A stretch of DNA of 25,061 bases from Nitrospinales bacterium (GCA_046757665.1 JBHHYO010000038.1:1-25061); one strand, 5' to 3'; positions 9,079-17,255 are shown, counted from the stretch's first letter. The notes: generated by a model not told the origin, from the sequence alone. Numbers and translations are program-made.

Positions 9079-10166
9079 TCGGAAAGAGAAACGCCCGCAC
9101 GGTTCAGGATATATCGGTTGAACACCTCTTCGCCCTCGACAATTTCCAGGTCAATGACGACTTGCAGTACCGGAACGGCGAACGCGGCGGTTTTTAATTT
9201 AACCGCATCCTTCGCCGTCGTCAGGATGAACCGGGCGCCCGCTTGCAGGGCGTCCTGTTCGATGCTTTTCAGGTCTTGCGGCGAATAGGCGTGATGGTCG
9301 GGAAAGGCCCGGTAAAGAACCACCCGGGCCTGCAATTGATCCAGGACGCGGCGAAAATCCTCCGGCCTGGCGATGCCGCAAAAGGCCGCCACGTTTTGGT
9401 TCCGCAATTGCTCCGGAGCCAACAGCTCGCCCGTATCCAGGCGAACGACCGAGCGCGGGCGCACGGTGGTTTTGAGTATCGGGATATCCCCGTCCAGGCC
9501 GGCCTCGAGGGACGGGTTGCCGTCGCCGGCGGTGTGCCGGGTGATGCAGAGCAGGTCCGCCCGGCGGATTTCACAAGCCGGCTCCCGCAGATCGCCCGCG
9601 GGAAATACTCCGCCGGTGCCGAAAGGCCGCTGGTGATCCACAAGAAGAATGTTCAAATCGCGATGCAGACGTAAATGTTGAAAGCCGTCGTCGAGGATCA
9701 AGGTGTCGGCTCCCAGGCGCTCGATGGCGTGGAGTCCGGCGAGGTATCGGTTGCTTCCGGTCAGCACCGGGACGGTTTTTAACCGCCGGGCCATCATGAC
9801 CGGTTCGTCGCCCGCCGCCTCGGCGGAAAGCAGAATCCGCTCGCCGTCGCAGACGACGCTGACCTGGCGGGAGGCGTTGCCCTTGTATCCCCGGCTGAGG
9901 ATGGCCGGTTTGCGTCCGTGCCGGCGGAGGATGTCCGCGATCATCATCACCATCGGCGTTTTCCCCGTGCCGCCCAGGGTCAGGTTGCCGACGCTGATGA
10001 CCCGGCAATCGAGACGGCGCGTGCGGAACAATCCCGACCGATAACACCACCGGCGGATCGCCAGGACGCTTTTATATAGAATGGATACCGCTCCCAGAAT
10101 ACAATAAACGGGTTGCCAGTAGCCCTTGCGGTCGGGGGTGATGATTTTATAATAAAGGCGGTTCAT
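9075..10166 (-). CDS. lpxK: Tetraacyldisaccharide 4'-kinase
   Basis: VISVGNLTLGGTGKTP (P-loop), ILSRGYKG, GDEP, ILDDGFQHLRLHRD, PAGDLRE, FCGIARP, FPDHH and TTAKDAVK. ATG 10166 was chosen so that it does not overlap the divergent waaA. Confidence 0.96.
   Translation of the reverse strand: MNRLYYKIITPDRKGYWQPVYCILGAVSILYKSVLAIRRWCYRSGLFRTRRLDCRVISVGNLTLGGTGKTPMVMMIADILRRHGRKPAILSRGYKGNASRQVSVVCDGERILLSAEAAGDEPVMMARRLKTVPVLTGSNRYLAGLHAIERLGADTLILDDGFQHLRLHRDLNILLVDHQRPFGTGGVFPAGDLREPACEIRRADLLCITRHTAGDGNPSLEAGLDGDIPILKTTVRPRSVVRLDTGELLAPEQLRNQNVAAFCGIARPEDFRRVLDQLQARVVLYRAFPDHHAYSPQDLKSIEQDALQAGARFILTTAKDAVKLKTAAFAVPVLQVVIDLEIVEGEEVFNRYILNRAGVSLSD
10126..10153 (+). promoter_or_regulatory. Putative sigma70 promoter for the waaA pair, inside the lpxK 5' coding region
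   Basis: TTGCGG (10126-10131), 16 bp, then a perfect TATAAT (10148-10153). An AGGAAG SD-like motif at 10171-10176 precedes ATG 10188. Confidence 0.5.
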
Positions 10167-10187
10167 AGAAAGGAAGATTCGACGGCC

Positions 10188-11438
10188 ATGCTGGTTTTGT
10201 ATCATATCATTGTTCACGCCGCCTTCCTAGCGGCGTCGCCGTTTATTCTGGCGCGGGCGATTTTCGATGCCGCTTTCCGGGAGGACATTCTGAAACGCCT
10301 CCAGGGCGGCGCGGCGGCTCCCGCGGCTTCGGGGTGCCTTTGGCTCCATGCGGCGTCGGCGGGGGAAGTGCGGGCCGCCGGGATTCTCTGGCGGGCGTTA
10401 AAAGATCACCAACCCGGCCGTTCCCTGGCGCTGTCCACTTTCACGTCGGCGGGTTACGAATTGGCGAAAAAGGAAGGGCTCGATCCCGTCTTCCGCCTGC
10501 CGCCGGACTCCCCGCTCTGGATCAACCCGCTCCTCGAAAAACTGGACCCCGCCTTGCTGATTCTTGTCGAAGCGGAATTCTGGCCCTGCCTGCTCGGCGG
10601 ATGCAAACGGCGCGGCGTGCCGGTTATCCTGGTCAATGGCCGGATGTCGCCACGCGCTGTCGATCGTTATGCGAAATTCAAATCGGTCTTCCGCCAACTG
10701 ACCGCGCCGCTGTCGATTTTTTCCATGCGGACGTCTGCCGACGCGCAACGGGTGCTGGACCTGGGAATCGCGGAGGAGAGGGTGCGGGTGACGGGCAACA
10801 TCAAGTTTGACGCGCTCATTCCGGAAAGCGCGGGCCGCGGGGACGCGCCGTTGGCCGATGACGCGGCGATGGTGGTTTTCGGTTCTACCCGGCCCGGAGA
10901 CGAAGGCCCCGTCATGGAAGCGGTCAGCCGCCTGCAAAAGGAGATTCCCGGATCGACGTTTGTGCTGGCGCCGCGCCACATCGAACGTTGCGAGGAAGTG
11001 GAGCGCCTGATCGGCGATTACGGGTTGACGTGTGTCCGCCATTCCAGAATCAACGGTGAGGGCTCCCGCCGGCCGGTCATCATCTTGCTCGACACCATCG
11101 GCGATTTGAACGCTTATTACCGCCACAGTTGCGTCGCCTTTGTCGGCGGCGGATTCAACCCGAGGTTCGGCGGTCACAACATCATCGAGCCCGCGATTTA
11201 CGATCAGCCGGTCGTGTATGGAAAACACATGACCAACTTCGAGGAGGAGGCGGAACTGCTTGCCGCCTCCGGCGGCGGTATTCAGATTGACGGCCCCGGG
11301 GAGCTGTATCCCGTCCTGTTGCGTCTCTTGCAAAACCCGGAAGAAAGAGTCCGCCGGGGGCGGTCCGCCGGGCAAGCCGTAAAAAACAATCGGGGTGCGG
11401 TTCAGCGCAACCTCGAGCTGATCGACAACCTTTTGTGA
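10188..11438 (+). CDS. waaA: 3-deoxy-D-manno-octulosonic acid (Kdo) transferase, paralog 1
   Basis: LWLHAASAGEV, STFTSAG, EAEFWP, VNGRMS, TGNIKFD, GSTRPGDE, LAPRHIER, LDTIGDL, FVGGGF and GGHNIIEPA. ATG 10188 has an SD; the ORF-track TTG at 10113 overlaps lpxK. Confidence 0.92.
   Translation: MLVLYHIIVHAAFLAASPFILARAIFDAAFREDILKRLQGGAAAPAASGCLWLHAASAGEVRAAGILWRALKDHQPGRSLALSTFTSAGYELAKKEGLDPVFRLPPDSPLWINPLLEKLDPALLILVEAEFWPCLLGGCKRRGVPVILVNGRMSPRAVDRYAKFKSVFRQLTAPLSIFSMRTSADAQRVLDLGIAEERVRVTGNIKFDALIPESAGRGDAPLADDAAMVVFGSTRPGDEGPVMEAVSRLQKEIPGSTFVLAPRHIERCEEVERLIGDYGLTCVRHSRINGEGSRRPVIILLDTIGDLNAYYRHSCVAFVGGGFNPRFGGHNIIEPAIYDQPVVYGKHMTNFEEEAELLAASGGGIQIDGPGELYPVLLRLLQNPEERVRRGRSAGQAVKNNRGAVQRNLELIDNLL
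10201..10209 (-). promoter_or_regulatory. Putative extended -10 promoter for lpxK, inside the waaA 5' coding region
   Basis: The minus strand reads TG-A-TATGAT (10209 to 10201), about 35 bp upstream of lpxK ATG 10166. Confidence 0.35.
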
Positions 11439-12727
11439 TGTTCCTCTTTTATGAAATTCTTTCGGCCCTGCTGGCGCCCTGGCTGGCTTGCGGCCTGGCG
11501 GTTTACGTCCTGGCGACGGGAAAAAAACGGCGCGGCCTGGCGAATTCTCTTGGCCTGACGCCGCGTGCCGACCGCGGCGATGCGCGTTTCCGGAAAACCC
11601 TGTGGCTGTATGCGCTGTCCGTCGGCGAGGTGCGGGCGGCGGCTCCCGTGTTGCGGCAAGTCCGCCAACAACGCCCCGACATCCGCATCGTCGTCTCCAC
11701 CACGACGGACGCCGGCTACGACGCCGCCCGCAAGCAACTGGCATTTGTCGAAAACATTTTTTATCAGCCCCTCGATTTGTGGCCTTTCACCCGGATGGCC
11801 GTGGCGCGGATCAACCCCGACCTGTTCGTGCTCACCGAAACGTCCTTCTGGCCGGGATTGCTGTATGTTTTGAACCGGCGCGGGACTCCCGCCCTGCTGT
11901 TCCAGGGGCGGATTTCCAAAAAATCACTGCGGCGGTACCGGCGAATGGCTCCCTTCATGGCGCGGGTTTTGAGTTCTTTTCAAACCCTGTGCATGATGAC
12001 GGCGCGGGGAGCGGAGGACGTGCGTGCGCTGGGCGTCGCCCCGTCACGGGTGCGCGTCATCGGCAGTACGCGGTTTGACGGCTTGCAAACGGCGCCGGAA
12101 TCCCGGCGCAAGCGCCTTCGGGAACAGTTGGGCATTGCTGACGGCTGTCCGGTTTTCGTCGCCGGGAGCACCCATGAAGGCGAGGAAGCGGTGGTGCTGG
12201 ACGTGTTTTGCCGATTGCGGCAACGCCACGAAACCCTGACCCTCGTCCTGGCGCCGCGGCGCATGGAGCGGGTGCCGGAGATCGTCCGCATGATGGAAGA
12301 AAAAAACATCGCGTTCGTCAAACGGTCGGAGCAAAACGGGGCGGGCGGCGGCGAACCGGTGGTCCTGCTCGACACCATGGGCGAACTGTCGGACGTGTAT
12401 GCCGTCGCCGACGTGGTTTTTATCGGCCGCAGTCTGTTCGCGCCGGGCGGCGGTCACAGCCTCATGGAGCCCGCCGCGCACGGCAAGCCGGTCCTGCACG
12501 GCCCTTTCGTGGAGTACAACCAGGACGACGCCGACGCGCTGGGCGAAATCGGCGCGGCCCTCACCGTCCGCGACGGCGACGAGATGGCAGAAACCCTGCA
12601 AGCGCTGATCGACGACCCGGCGCGCCGCGCGGCGCTCGGACGCCAGGCGCAAACCCTGATCGAGGCAAACCGCGGCGCGTCGCAAACAATGGCCGAGTTG
12701 ATTTTGCAAACTCTGGACGGGCGTTAA
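11435..12727 (+). CDS. waaA: Kdo transferase family protein, paralog 2
   Basis: LWLYALSVGEV, STTTDAG, QPLD, ETSFWP, GSTRFD, AGSTHEGEE, LAPRRMER, LDTMGEL, FIGRSL and GGHSLMEPA. The start GTG/ATG overlaps the paralog 1 stop (GTGATG), which suggests translational coupling. Confidence 0.9.
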   Translation: MMFLFYEILSALLAPWLACGLAVYVLATGKKRRGLANSLGLTPRADRGDARFRKTLWLYALSVGEVRAAAPVLRQVRQQRPDIRIVVSTTTDAGYDAARKQLAFVENIFYQPLDLWPFTRMAVARINPDLFVLTETSFWPGLLYVLNRRGTPALLFQGRISKKSLRRYRRMAPFMARVLSSFQTLCMMTARGAEDVRALGVAPSRVRVIGSTRFDGLQTAPESRRKRLREQLGIADGCPVFVAGSTHEGEEAVVLDVFCRLRQRHETLTLVLAPRRMERVPEIVRMMEEKNIAFVKRSEQNGAGGGEPVVLLDTMGELSDVYAVADVVFIGRSLFAPGGGHSLMEPAAHGKPVLHGPFVEYNQDDADALGEIGAALTVRDGDEMAETLQALIDDPARRAALGRQAQTLIEANRGASQTMAELILQTLDGR

Positions 12728-12791
12728 TGCAATCACTGATCCAGCGGTTTCTTGTTTTGTGTATGGGGGCGCCTCTGTTGTTAAAATTTTG

Positions 12792-12813
12792 TTCTCTCCC
12801 GCGGGGGAGAGGG
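12792..12813. terminator. GC-rich hairpin between convergent genes (possible terminator or REP-type remnant)
   Basis: TTCTCTCCC-GCGG-GGGAGAGGG, 7 bp downstream of the LMF gene stop at 12821 and followed by an A/T-rich tract on the minus strand. There is no clean U-run. Confidence 0.45.
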
Positions 12814-12820
12814 ATATGCG

Positions 12821-14665
12821 CTACAGGGAATCGGGCAGGTGGAAGACCGGGGTGTAGGGTTGGAGGCGTTGGCGCCGCCACCAGGCGCCGCTCTTCTGTC
12901 TGGCGGCGGAATCGGTGAACCGGTAATCGTACAACCAGGCGCGGATGTAGCGCGGCGGCGCGGCGGGAAACGGGTTTTTGCCGAGCAAGTCCAGCGCCGG
13001 CCGAGAGCCTTCCAGCAGACGTACCAGGAATCCGACCACCCAGGCGTCCCTCTCGTAGCTACTGAAAGCGGCGAACCACATTTGCCAGTCCAGCCGGGGC
13101 TGATGCGGCGCGACAAAGCCCGGCGCTCGCTTGACGTCGCCCGGCTTCCATTTGAACTCATACTCCTTCCAGGTGTCGAGGTCGTTACTGCCCTCCACGA
13201 TAATCTCCGGACGGCTGGTCGTCATGATGGTGAACAGTCCGTAACGGTTGACCAGATGCAGAGGCTGTAACCAATCCATGGCCCGCAGGACGGCAGGCGG
13301 CGCCCGCACCCGGCCCTCCAGCAGTCCGGAAATCTGAAACAGGCTCAGCAGTAAAACAACCGCCGCCACCAGGCCGACCCGCACCCGCCCGAGGAACGGC
13401 TCCCCCCGGGAGCGAAAGGCGATGTCGCCCGGGCGCGCGGTTTTCCCGCCGGGCCAAAAGCGGCGCAAAAAGCCGTCGTCCAAAAGCAGGACGCACAGGG
13501 CTGTGGTCAGAAAATTAAAGAAGGTATAATTTCCGGTCAGGGCGATGAGTCCCTGAAAAATGACGAGCAGGGCGCAACCGACATGCCGCGCCCGCCGGGG
13601 AGCGAAAATCAGAAACGGCGCCGCCAGTTGAACAAAGAACATCGCCGCCGCCGAGGCCTGATGAAACGCCAGGGGCAGTTGGTGCGCGTACCAGGCGACC
13701 CATGTCGGCAGGGGCTGGGTTTCATAATGATAGGCCAGCGCCGTCAGGTTGTGCCATGTCGGGTCGCCGCCGGCCAGTTTGCCGAACCCGGAGGAAAACA
13801 TCAGCTTGAACAGCAACAGCCGGCCCAGCCACAGCATCATCAAGGACGGCGGTTGCGGCGTGCCGTCGCTCCGGCGATAGGCGGGCGCCAGAAAAATCGC
13901 CAGGAACCCGGTTTCCAACAACAGGGTGTCCCACTGATAGCCCAGAAAAATCTGGCCCGCCGTCATCAGCGACAGGTACAGCATCCAGAGCAGGAACAAG
14001 AGCGCCGGGCGGAACCATCCCAGCAGAAGCGCCGCGCCGCCCGCCGTTCCGATGGCGCATACGAATTTCAGAAACCCGTCCGTGGCGTTGACCCAGAACA
14101 CGGTCGGGAAAAACCAGAACCGGACCGGCCCCAGTTGTTCGGCGATTCTGCGCAAATACTCTTCCGCGGGCAGGATGCCGTTACCGCCCACGAGCCCGGC
14201 GACCTGCACCATCAAGGAGGCGAAGGCGACGGCATAAACGATTCCGAGACAGCGCAGGAACACCGCCCGCGTTAAAAAGTAAGTGGGACGTTCCGCCCAT
14301 TCTCCCCACAACAACCGGGTGAGGCTCCACAGGCCGTGGCGGTGGCGGGCGACCCGGCGGTAAACCCATTCGCAAAGCGGGGCCGCGCCGGGCAGATGTT
14401 CATACATCCACAGCGGCCGGCGGTGGCGCGGGTTGCGTGCCAGAGCGCGGAACACCGCCCGCGCCCCCTCCGTCACCCCCCTCCCCGGCTCGACAAACTG
14501 GATCGACCGGTCGAACCGTTCCCGGGGGATCTCGGGGAATTGTCCGCCAACCTCCTGAAAGGGAGCGTACTCGACGCGGTTCCCCGTCACGTGCCGCCAG
14601 CGGGAAATCCACTGGCGGCAAAACTTGCAGTCGCCGTCATAAATCAGTAGCGGTCTGGGACGCAC
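12821..14665 (-). CDS. DCC1-like (DUF393) thiol-disulfide oxidoreductase fused to a lipase maturation factor (LMF1) domain
   Basis: N-terminal LIYDGDCKFC...YRRVARHR (DxxCxxC DCC family). LMF motifs follow: YQWDTLLLETGFL, GDPTWHNLTALAYHYETQPLP, TGNYTFFNFLT, NRYGLFTIMT.SRPEIIVEGS, EYEFKWKPGD and APHQPRLDWQMWFAA. Single open frame, GTG start. Confidence 0.92.
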   Translation of the reverse strand: MRPRPLLIYDGDCKFCRQWISRWRHVTGNRVEYAPFQEVGGQFPEIPRERFDRSIQFVEPGRGVTEGARAVFRALARNPRHRRPLWMYEHLPGAAPLCEWVYRRVARHRHGLWSLTRLLWGEWAERPTYFLTRAVFLRCLGIVYAVAFASLMVQVAGLVGGNGILPAEEYLRRIAEQLGPVRFWFFPTVFWVNATDGFLKFVCAIGTAGGAALLLGWFRPALLFLLWMLYLSLMTAGQIFLGYQWDTLLLETGFLAIFLAPAYRRSDGTPQPPSLMMLWLGRLLLFKLMFSSGFGKLAGGDPTWHNLTALAYHYETQPLPTWVAWYAHQLPLAFHQASAAAMFFVQLAAPFLIFAPRRARHVGCALLVIFQGLIALTGNYTFFNFLTTALCVLLLDDGFLRRFWPGGKTARPGDIAFRSRGEPFLGRVRVGLVAAVVLLLSLFQISGLLEGRVRAPPAVLRAMDWLQPLHLVNRYGLFTIMTTSRPEIIVEGSNDLDTWKEYEFKWKPGDVKRAPGFVAPHQPRLDWQMWFAAFSSYERDAWVVGFLVRLLEGSRPALDLLGKNPFPAAPPRYIRAWLYDYRFTDSAARQKSGAWWRRQRLQPYTPVFHLPDSL

Positions 14666-14705
14666 GCAACCCCCCGAAGATAAAGTTCACGGGAAAAGCA
14701 GTGGT

Positions 14706-14827
14706 GCTTCGTTGCAAGAGTTCACATTTCAAGTTCACGCTTCGACAAGCTCAGCGTGACAGCCAGGTTGTCGTCCTGAGCCTGTCGAAGGACGATCATT
14801 CCCCGGTATTTGTTTTCGCAACGAAGC
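14706..14827. repeat. Family-2 double-hairpin element with 10-bp terminal inverted repeats, copy A
   Basis: GCTTCGTTGC (14706-14715)...GCAACGAAGC (14818-14827). Internal hairpins are TCACGCT/AGCGTGA (14735-14759) and TCGTCCT/AGGACGA (14771-14795). Homologous to 21076-21218. Confidence 0.88.
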
Positions 14828-14830
14828 GGT

Positions 14831-14858
14831 AGTTTATCAGGCAATACGGAATAAACAA
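14831..14858 (-). promoter_or_regulatory. Putative promoter for the DCC-LMF gene
   Basis: Minus strand TTGTTT (14858-14853), 16 bp, TAAACT (14836-14831), with an extended TGn. Confidence 0.35.
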
Positions 14859-14894
14859 ACACCTCGGTCACGCCGGCGGCAAAACGCAAGCGCC

Positions 14895-14931
14895 TTGTGC
14901 GCACCGGCAATTTGCCTTAAGATGTGGCAAA
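14895..14931 (+). promoter_or_regulatory. Putative sigma70 promoter and overlapping inverted repeat upstream of the ADP-ribosylglycohydrolase
   Basis: TTGTGC (14895-14900), 17 bp, TAAGAT (14918-14923). TTTGCC-N9-GGCAAA (14911-14931) brackets the -10. Confidence 0.4.
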
Positions 14932-14960
14932 CCAATTCAACGGCATTGAGTGATCAATTT

Positions 14961-15746
14961 ATGATCGGCGCGATTGCGGGGGACATCATCGGCTCGGTTT
15001 ACGAGGCCTGCCCTATCAAAACCACCGATTTCCCGTTGTTCGACGAGCGGTGCGCGTTCACCGACGACACCGTGCTCAGCGTCGCCGTGGCCGACTGTAT
15101 TCTCAACGGCGGCGGTTACGCGGACAAGTTCAAGGAATATTTCGACCTGTATCCCGACGCGGGGTACGGGCAGGGCTTCATCCGCTGGGCAAGCTCGCCG
15201 GGGCGCGCGCCGTATAACAGCTGGGGCAACGGCTCGGCCATGCGGGTGAGCCCGGTGGGGTTCGCCGGCGATTCCCTGGAGGACGTGCTGGAGCAGGCTA
15301 AAAAAAGCGCCGCGGTGACGCATAACCATCCGCAAGGCATCAAGGGCGCGCAAGCCACCGCCGCCGCCATTTTTCTGGCGCGCACCGGAAACAGCAAACG
15401 GCGGATCAAGGCCCATATCGAAACCGCCTTCGGCTACAACCTGGACGAGCCCCTGGACTCCATTCGGAAACATTACAGCTTCGATGTATCCTGCCAGGGC
15501 ACGGTGCCGCAGGCCATTACCGCTTTCCTGGAATCCGCCGACTACGAAGACGCCGTCCGCAAGGCCGTATCGCTCGGCGGCGACAGCGACACGCTCGCCT
15601 GCATCACCGGCGGCATCGCCCAGGCGTTTTATAAGAAAATTCCCGATTTCATCACTGCCCGGGTTTTTGATATCCTCGACGCCCGGCTGAAGAAGATCGT
15701 TTTGCAATTCACCGCCGAATACGGCGGCCGGCAGTTAAAATCCTGA
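14961..15746 (+). CDS. ADP-ribosylglycohydrolase (DraG/ARH family)
   Basis: MIGAIAGDIIGSVYE, FTDDT, YNSWGNGSAMRVSP, THNHPQGIKGA and GGDSDTLACITG, with the metal-binding Asp residues intact. ATG 14961 matches the family N-terminus. Confidence 0.95.
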   Translation: MIGAIAGDIIGSVYEACPIKTTDFPLFDERCAFTDDTVLSVAVADCILNGGGYADKFKEYFDLYPDAGYGQGFIRWASSPGRAPYNSWGNGSAMRVSPVGFAGDSLEDVLEQAKKSAAVTHNHPQGIKGAQATAAAIFLARTGNSKRRIKAHIETAFGYNLDEPLDSIRKHYSFDVSCQGTVPQAITAFLESADYEDAVRKAVSLGGDSDTLACITGGIAQAFYKKIPDFITARVFDILDARLKKIVLQFTAEYGGRQLKS

Positions 15747-15757
15747 AGGGAGAAACC

Positions 15758-17074
15758 ATGGCGGACTACACGCGGGAGGAAATCGAAGCCAAACTGGCGG
15801 AGCGTGCCGAGGCGGAGGACGAGGAGGAGAAGGAACCGCTTTCTTTCGCGGGCGCGGATTTGTCCGGCCTCGACTTGTCGTCCCTGGACCTGGGCGGCGT
15901 CAATCTCTGCGGCGCCAACCTCAATGCCGCCGACCTCAAGAGAGCGGACCTCTCGAATGCCGACCTGAGCGAGGCCCAATTGGACCGAACCGACTTCTCC
16001 GCCGCCAACCTCAGCGAAACCAATTTCTCGAAAACCGATCTGCGCACCGCGAATCTGGAAGAAGCGGACCTGCGGCGGGCGGACCTGACGGAGAGCAACC
16101 TCGACGACATTGTTCTTTGCGAAACCAACTTGAGCCGCGCGGTGTTCACGCGCGCCAATTTGCGCCGCGCCAAAATCACCGATTGCGATCTCAGCCGCGC
16201 CAATTTCCGGGAAGCCGTGCTGGGCGGCGCGGACCTGACCGATTCCAAACTCAGCATCGGCTACTATCATGGGGCGAACCTGGAGGGGGCGGTTCTGGTG
16301 CGGACGGAACTCAAGGGCGCCAAGCTGACCGGAGTCCGCCTCGACGACGCCGACCTGTCACGCGCCGACCTGGCGGGCGTGGACCTGACGGACGCCACCG
16401 TGCGCAACGCCAACCTGAACCACGTCAACCTCACCGGGGCCATCCTGCGGCGCACGGACCTTGCCGGCTCGAATCTCACCGAGGCCGACCTCAACATCGC
16501 CGACCTCACCGGCGCCAACCTTCTGGACACCCGGCTCGGCGGCGCCACGCTCACGCGCATCAAACTGCAGGAAGGCACACTCGACGGCGCGCAACTCAGC
16601 GGCGCCGACCTCGGCAAGGGACGCTTCATCAAGGCACGGCTGGCGCGGGCCGACCTGAGCGGCGCGAACGTCGCCGGGGCGGACTTTACGGAGGCGCAGG
16701 CGGAGGGCGCCGATTTCAGCCGCGCCGACCTGCGGCAAACCAATTTCCAAAAAGCCGACGCCGCGGCATCTTTTCTGACCGGGGCCAACCTGGAACAAGC
16801 CGACCTGGCCGGGGCGAATTTCCAAAACGCCGACTTCGCCGGAGCCAAACTCACGCGATCCAATCTTCAGAAAACCCGGCTGGCGGACGCCAACCTGCAA
16901 AGGGCCGATCTGCAACACTGCAACCTCAGCGGCGCCGACCTCCGAAACGCCAACCTGACGGGCGCCAAATTGAACGAAGCCTGCCTGCGCCAGGCCGACC
17001 TGACGGGAGCCGTGCTGGATGGCGCCGATTTGACGGACGCCGACCTGACGGGAGTCATGGGACGCAAGTCCTGA
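15758..17074 (+). CDS. Long pentapeptide-repeat protein
   Basis: 438 aa with a short acidic N-terminus, then about 80 A(D/N)LXX pentapeptides to the C-terminus. A GGGAG SD precedes the ATG, which is 11 bp after the ARH stop. No signal peptide. Confidence 0.95.
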   Translation: MADYTREEIEAKLAERAEAEDEEEKEPLSFAGADLSGLDLSSLDLGGVNLCGANLNAADLKRADLSNADLSEAQLDRTDFSAANLSETNFSKTDLRTANLEEADLRRADLTESNLDDIVLCETNLSRAVFTRANLRRAKITDCDLSRANFREAVLGGADLTDSKLSIGYYHGANLEGAVLVRTELKGAKLTGVRLDDADLSRADLAGVDLTDATVRNANLNHVNLTGAILRRTDLAGSNLTEADLNIADLTGANLLDTRLGGATLTRIKLQEGTLDGAQLSGADLGKGRFIKARLARADLSGANVAGADFTEAQAEGADFSRADLRQTNFQKADAAASFLTGANLEQADLAGANFQNADFAGAKLTRSNLQKTRLADANLQRADLQHCNLSGADLRNANLTGAKLNEACLRQADLTGAVLDGADLTDADLTGVMGRKS

Positions 17075-17104
17075 AACCCGGCGGCGGGCAGACGCCCTGA
17101 AAAG

Positions 17105-17255
17105 GAGGCCTTTTTGTTTGATGGTCATTGCGAGACGGTAGCCGAAGCAATCCAGAAAGGACCATTCCCACCGGGCGTGGCCCGGCTGGATCGCCACCCG
17201 CCGCCGGCGGCTCGCGATGACACCGGGCGGCGAAGTCTCGTTATGCAAAGGTCTC
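17105..17255 (-). repeat. Family-1 palindromic MITE/REP-like element, copy 2 (inverted)
   Basis: On the minus strand it starts GAGACCTTTGCATAA at 17255, immediately after the TAA stop of the AsmA gene. Core inverted repeats are at 17124-17134 and 17211-17221. The far end GAGGCCTTT (17105-17113) matches the terminal motif at 8 of 9 bases. Confidence 0.9.

Noticed and set aside
7525..9288. 587-aa + strand ORF
   Set aside because: Antisense to three well-supported minus-strand genes, with the Gln/Arg-rich composition typical of the reverse of membrane-protein genes.
14961..15746. Calling the ARH gene draG (nitrogenase regulation)
   Set aside because: No draT or nif genes are in the window, and the family is broad.
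15758..17074. Recurrent GCCGACCT / GCCAACCT DNA motifs resembling a repeat array or CRISPR
   Set aside because: The 15-bp periodicity is fully explained by pentapeptide codons. There are no fixed-length repeats with unique spacers and no cas genes.
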